64,000 nt of DNA from Eledone cirrhosa. Its lineage: Eukaryota. The notes under the pieces were generated by a model. It worked only from the letters and a program-made list of their open reading frames with translations, was not told where the DNA came from and searched no databases. Positions 58,601 through 64,000 of the stretch are shown here, piece by piece. Position 1 is the stretch's first letter, and every line of letters begins with the position of its first letter. The stretch lies in assembly GCA_964016885.1 (NCBI GenBank), contig OZ024740.1, forward strand, positions 430,032,001 through 430,096,000. The letters run 5' to 3'. The translations under genes were made by a program, and so were the position numbers.

Positions 58601-61600
58601 ACATCTGGAGGAGGTGAGACAGGAGTTTCTGACAGTAATGTCTACCACCAAAGTTACCTTGATGTAGCTGGTGGCAGATGTACAATAACATGTGGTGGAG
58701 GTGAGACAGGAGTTTCTGACTGTAATGTCTACCACCAAAGTTACCTTGGTGTAGGTGGTGCCAGATACATAATAACATGTGGAGGAGGTGAGACAGGAGT
58801 TTCTGACAGTAATATCTACCACCAAAGTTACCTTGGTGTAGGTGGTGCCAGATGTACAATAACATGTGGAGGAGGTGAGACAGGAGTTTCTGACAGTAAT
58901 GTCTACCACCAAAGTTACCTTGGTGTAGGTGGTGCCAGATACACAATAACATGTGGAAGGGGTGAGACAGGAGTTTCTGACAGTAATGTCTACCACCAAA
59001 GTTACCTTGGTGTAGGTGGTGCCAGATACACAATAACATGTGGAGGAGGTGAGACAGGAGTTTCTGACAGTAATGTCTACCACCAAAGTTACCTTGGTGT
59101 AGGTGGTGCCAGATGTACAACAACATGTGGAGGAGGTGAGACAGGAGTTTCTGACAGTAATGTCTACCACCAAAGTTACCTTGGTGTAGGTGGTGCCAGA
59201 TACACAATAACATGTGGAGGAGGTGAGACAGGAATTTCTGACAGTAATATCTACCACCAAAGTTACCTTGGTGTAGGTGGTGCCAGATGTACAACAACAT
59301 GTGAAGGAGGTGAGACAGGAGTTTCTGACAGTAATGTCTACCACCAAAGTTACCTTGGTGTAGGTGGTGCCAGATACACAATAACATGTGGAGGAGGTGA
59401 GACAGGAGTTTCTGACAGTAATGTCTACCACCAAAGTTACCTTGGTGTAGGTGGTGCCAGATACACAATAACATGTGGAGGAGGTGAGACAGGAGTTTCT
59501 GACAGTAATGTCTACCACCAAAGTTACCTTGGTGTAGGTGGTGCCAGATACACAATAACATGTGGAGGAGGTGAGACAGGAGTTTCTGACAGTAATGTCT
59601 ACCACCAAAGTTACCTTGGTGTAGGTGGTGCCAGATGTACAATAACATATGGAGGAGGTGAGACAGGAGTTTCTGACAGTAATGTCTACCACCAAAGTTA
59701 CCTTGGTGTAGGTGGTGCCAGATACACAATAACATATGGAGGAGGTGAGACAGGAGTCTCTGACAGTAATGTCTACCACCAAAGTTACCTTGGTGTAGGT
59801 GGTGCCAGATACATAATAACATGTGGAGGAGGTGAGACAGCAGTTTCTGACTGTAATGTCTACCACCAAAGTTACCTTGGTGTATTTGGTGCCAGATACA
59901 CAATAACATGTGGAGGAGGTGGGGCAGGAGTTTCTGACAGTAATGTCTACCACCAAAGTTACCTTGGTGTAGGTGGTGCCAGATACACAATAACATGTGG
60001 AGGAGGTGAGACAGGAGTTTCTGACTGTAATGTCTACCACCAAAGTTACCTTGGTGTAGGTGGTGCCAGATACACAATAACAAGTGGAGGAGGTGAGACA
60101 GGAGTTTTTGACAGTAATGTCTACCACCAAAGTTACCTTGGTGTAGGTGGTGCCAGATGTACAATAACATATGGAGGAGGTGAGACAGGAGTTTCTGACA
60201 GTAATGTCTACCTCCAAAGTTACCTTGATGTAGGTGGTGCCAGATGTACAATAACATATGGAGGAGGTGAGACAGGAGTCTCTGACAGTAATGTCTACCA
60301 CCAAAGTTACCTTGGTGTAGGTGGTGCCAGATACATAATAACATGTGGAGGAGGTGAGACAGGAGTTTCTGACAGTAATGTCTACCACCAAAGTTACCTT
60401 GGTGTAGGTGGTGCCAGATACATATTAACATGTGGAGGAGGTGAGACAGGAGTTTCTGACAGTGATGTCTACCACCAAAGTTACCTTGGTGTAGGTGGTG
60501 CCAGATACATAATAACATGTGGAGGAGGTGGGACAGGAGTTTCTGACTGTAATGTCTACCACCAAAGTTACCTTGGTGTAGGTGGTGCCAGATACATAAT
60601 AACATGTGGAGGAGGTGAGACAGGAGTTTCTGACAGTAATGTCTACCACCAAAGTTACCTTGGTGTAGGTGGTGCCAGATACACAATAACATGTGGAGGA
60701 GGTGGGGCAGGAGTTTCTGACAGTAATGTCTACCACCAAAGTTACCTTGGTGTAGGTGGTGCCAGATACATAATAACATGTGGAGGAGGTGAGACAGGAG
60801 TTTCTGACTGTAATGTCTACCACCAAAGTTACCTTGGTGTAGGTGGTGCCAGATGTACAACAACATGTGGAGGAGATGAGACAGGAGTTTCTGACAGTAA
60901 TGTCTACCACCAAAGTTACCTTGGTGTAGGTGGTGCCAGATACACAATAACATGTGGAGGAGGTGAGACAGGAGTTTCTGACAGTAATGTCTACCACCAA
61001 AGTTACCTTGGTGTAGGTGGTGCCAGATACACAATAACATGTGGAGGAGGTGAGACAGGAGTTTCTGACAGTAATGTCTACAACCAAAGTTACCTTGGTG
61101 TAGGTGGTGCCAGATACATAATAACACGTGGAGGAGGTGAGACAGGAGTTTCTGACAGTAATGTCTACCACCAAAGTTACCTTGGTGTAGGTGGTGCCAG
61201 ATGTACAATAACATCTGGAGGAGGTGAGACAGGAGTTTCTGACAGTAATGTCTACCACCAAAGTTACCTTGATGTAGCTGGTGGCAGATGTACAATAACA
61301 TGTGGTGGAGGTGAGACAGGAGTTTCTGACTGTAATGTCTACCACCAAAGTTACCTTGGTGTAGGTGGTGCCAGATACATAATAACATGTGGAGGAGGTG
61401 AGACAGGAGTTTCTGACAGTAATATCTACCACCAAAGTTACCTTGGTGTAGGTGGTGCCAGATGTACAATAACATGTGGAGGAGGTGAGACAGGAGTTTC
61501 TGACAGTAATGTCTACCACCAAAGTTACCTTGGTGTAGGTGGTGCCAGATACACAATAACATGTGGAAGGGGTGAGACAGGAGTTTCTGACAGTAATGTC

Positions 61601-64000
61601 TACCACCAAAGTTACCTTGGTGTAGGTGGTGCCAGATACACAATAACATGTGGAGGAGGTGAGACAGGAGTTTCTGACAGTAATGTCTACCACCAAAGTT
61701 ACCTTGGTGTAGGTGGTGCCAGATGTACAACAACATGTGGAGGAGGTGAGACAGGAGTTTCTGACAGTAATGTCTACCACCAAAGTTACCTTGGTGTAGG
61801 TGGTGCCAGATACACAATAACATGTGGAGGAGGTGAGACAGGAATTTCTGACAGTAATATCTACCACCAAAGTTACCTTGGTGTAGGTGGTGCCAGATGT
61901 ACAACAACATGTGAAGGAGGTGAGACAGGAGTTTCTGACAGTAATGTCTACCACCAAAGTTACCTTGGTGTAGGTGGTGCCAGATACACAATAACATGTG
62001 GAGGAGGTGAGACAGGAGTTTCTGACAGTAATGTCTACCACCAAAGTTACCTTGGTGTAGGTGGTGCCAGATACACAATAACATGTGGAGGAGGTGAGAC
62101 AGGAGTTTCTGACAGTAATGTCTACCACCAAAGTTACCTTGGTGTAGGTGGTGCCAGATACACAATAACATGTGGAGGAGGTGAGACAGGAGTTTCTGAC
62201 AGTAATGTCTACCACCAAAGTTACCTTGGTGTAGGTGGTGCCAGATGTACAATAACATATGGAGGAGGTGAGACAGGAGTTTCTGACAGTAATGTCTACC
62301 ACCAAAGTAACCTTGGTGTAGGTGGTGCCAGATACACAATAACATATGGAGGAGGTGAGACAGGAGTCTCTGACAGTAATGTCTACCACCAAAGTTACCT
62401 TGGTGTAGGTGGTGCCAGATACATAATAACATGTGGAGGAGGTGAGACAGCAGTTTCTGACTGTAATGTCTACCACCAAAGTTACCTTGGTGTATTTGGT
62501 GCCAGATACACAATAAAATGTGGAGGAGGTGGGGCAGGAGTTTCTGACAGTAATGTCTACCACCAAAGTTACCTTGGTGTAGGTGGTGCCAGATACATAA
62601 TAACATATTGAGGAGGTGAGACAGGAGTTTCTGACAGTAATGTCTACCACCAAAGTTACCTTGGTGTAGGTGGTGCCAGATACACAATAACATATGGAGG
62701 AGGTGAGACAGGAGTTTCTGACAGTAATGTCTACCACCAAAGTTACCTTGTTGTAGGTGGTGCCAGATACATAATAACATGTGGAGGAGGTGAGACAGGA
62801 GTTTCTGACAGTAATGTCTACCACCAAAGTTACCTTGTTGTAGGTGGTGCCAGATACATAATAACATGTGGAGGAGGTGAGACAGGAGTTTCTGACAGTA
62901 ATGTCTACCACCAAAGTTACCTTGGTGTAGGTGGTGCCAGATGTACAACAACATGTGGAGGAGGTGAGACAGGAGTTTCTGACAGTAATGTCTACCACCA
63001 AAGTTACCTTGGTGTAGGTGGTGCCAGATACACAATAACATGTGGAGGAGGGGAGACAGGAGTTTCTGACAGTAATATCTACCACCAAAGTTACCTTGGT
63101 GTAGGTGGTGCCAGATGTACAACAACATGTGGAGGAGGTGAGACAGGAGTTTCTGACAGTAATGTCTACCACCAAAGTTACCTTGGTGTAGGTGGTGCCA
63201 GATACACAATAACATGTGGAGGAGGTGAGACAGGAGTTTCTGACAGTAATGTCTACCACCAAAGTTACCTTGGTGTAGGTGGTGCCAGATACACAATAAC
63301 AAGTGGAGGAGGTGAGACAGGAGTTTTTGACAGTAATGTCTACCACCAAAGTTACCTTGGTGTAGGTGGTGCCAGATGTACAATAATATGTGGAGGAGGT
63401 GAGACAGGAGTTTCTGACAGTAATGTCTACCACCAAAGTTACCTTGGTGTAGGTGGTGCCAGATGTACAATAACATATGGAGGAGGTGAGACAGGAGTTT
63501 CTGACAGTAATGTCTACCTCCAAAGTTACCTTGATGTAGGTGGTGCCAGATGTACAATAACATATGGAGGAGGTGAGACAGGAGTCTCTGACAGTAATGT
63601 CTACCACCAAAGTTACCTTGGTGTAGGTGGTGCCAGATACATAATAACATGTGGAGGAGGTGAGACAGGAGTTTCTGACAGTGATGTCTACCACCAAAGT
63701 TACCTTGGTGTAGGTGGTGCCAGATACATAATAACATGTGGAGGAGGTGAGACAGGAGTTTCTGACTGTAATGTCTACCACCAAAGTTACCTTGGTGTAG
63801 GTGGAGCCAGATACATAATAACATGTGGAGGAGGTGAGACAGGAGTTTCTGACAGTAATGTCTACCACCAAAGTTACCTTGGTGTAGGTGGTGCCAGATG
63901 TACAACAACATGTGGAGGAGGTGAGACAGGAGTTTCTGACTGTAATGTCTACCACCAAAGTTACCTTGGTGTAGGTGGTGCCAGATGTACAACAACATGT
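45080..64000 (-). other. Upstream continuation of the same reading frame, broken by 5 nonsense codons (possible pseudogenised or non-coding part)
   Basis: TTG>TAG at 45080, 47516, 49517 and 51953 (one allele, CCACCTAAG on +, copied by duplication) and TAT>TAA at 60425. Confidence 0.3.
55930..62570. repeat. Higher-order repeat of 29-30 units, about 2.5 copies
   Basis: CATCTGG at 56081/58604/61214 (spacings 2523 and 2610), each followed by GTAGCTGGTGGC, then GGAATTTC and TATTTGGT markers in the same order. Confidence 0.9.

Larger units (their letters stand above)
1..64000. repeat. 87-bp tandem repeat array (satellite / giant VNTR), about 736.6 units, truncated at both window edges
   Basis: Unit starts (TGTCTACCACC) recur every 87 bp, e.g. 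1, 88; and 39241, 40981, 44461, 46201, 47941, 49681, 51421, 53161 are separated by exact multiples of 87. I counted 29 three-base deletions, which reconciles the coordinates (452 units with 28 deletions up to 39240). Units differ from consensus by only a few substitutions. Confidence 0.99.

Noticed and set aside
1512-63998. His/Leu-rich minus-strand ORFs (MLLCIWHHLHQGNFGGRHYCQKLLSHLLH)n as genes or zinc fingers
   Set aside because: They are by-products of a stop-free 87-bp unit and are broken by 16 stops. The start codons are just the repeat's internal ATG, and there is no C2H2 CxxC...HxxxH spacing or TGEKP linker.
1-64000. CRISPR array (palindromic repeat plus variable segment)
   Set aside because: The variable segments are a few closely related alleles reused hundreds of times, not unique spacers. 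No cas genes or leader are present.
1-64000. Classical PTS mucin VNTR
   Set aside because: The Pro-rich frame (LLSETPVSPPPHVIVYLAPPTPR*) has two stops per unit. The open Ser/Thr-rich frame lacks Pro and is rich in Cys, Val and Tyr.
1-64000. Shine-Dalgarno-like GGAGG/AGGAGG in every unit
   Set aside because: The nearest downstream ATG opens only MSTTKVTLV* and is more than 15 nt from a full GGAGG. There is no prokaryotic gene context.
1-64000. Fungal RIP as the source of variation
   Set aside because: RIP on such an array should give dense C>T change and strong AT enrichment. The units remain about 46% GC with most CA/TG sites intact.

Overview
The whole 64 kb window is one uninterrupted head-to-tail array of an 87-bp unit (about 736.6 copies, consensus about 46% GC with no CpG) that runs off both ends. 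It contains no unique sequence, recognisable gene, RNA gene, transposon or CRISPR spacer. Plus-strand consensus: TGTCTACCACCAAAGTTACCTTGGTGTAGGTGGTGCCAGATACACAATAACATGTGGAGGAGGTGAGACAGGAGTTTCTGACAGTAA. The only length changes I found are 29 deletions of exactly 3 bp, so codon phase is kept across the window. Three of six frames are stop-free in the consensus. One minus-strand frame (TVRNSCLTSSTCYCVSGTTYTKVTLVVDI)n appears open from 45079 to the left edge (about 15,000 codons); the ORF track omits it, presumably because it has no stop in the window. Variant units show nested multi-kilobase duplications and regionally layered variant sets. The unit contains a 19-bp near-palindrome, splice-site-like motifs and a cryptic thrombospondin-type-1-like motif (WxxWxx/CxxTCGGG). 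Best reading: a recently amplified eukaryotic (probably animal) satellite or giant VNTR. Whether it is coding cannot be settled from this window.
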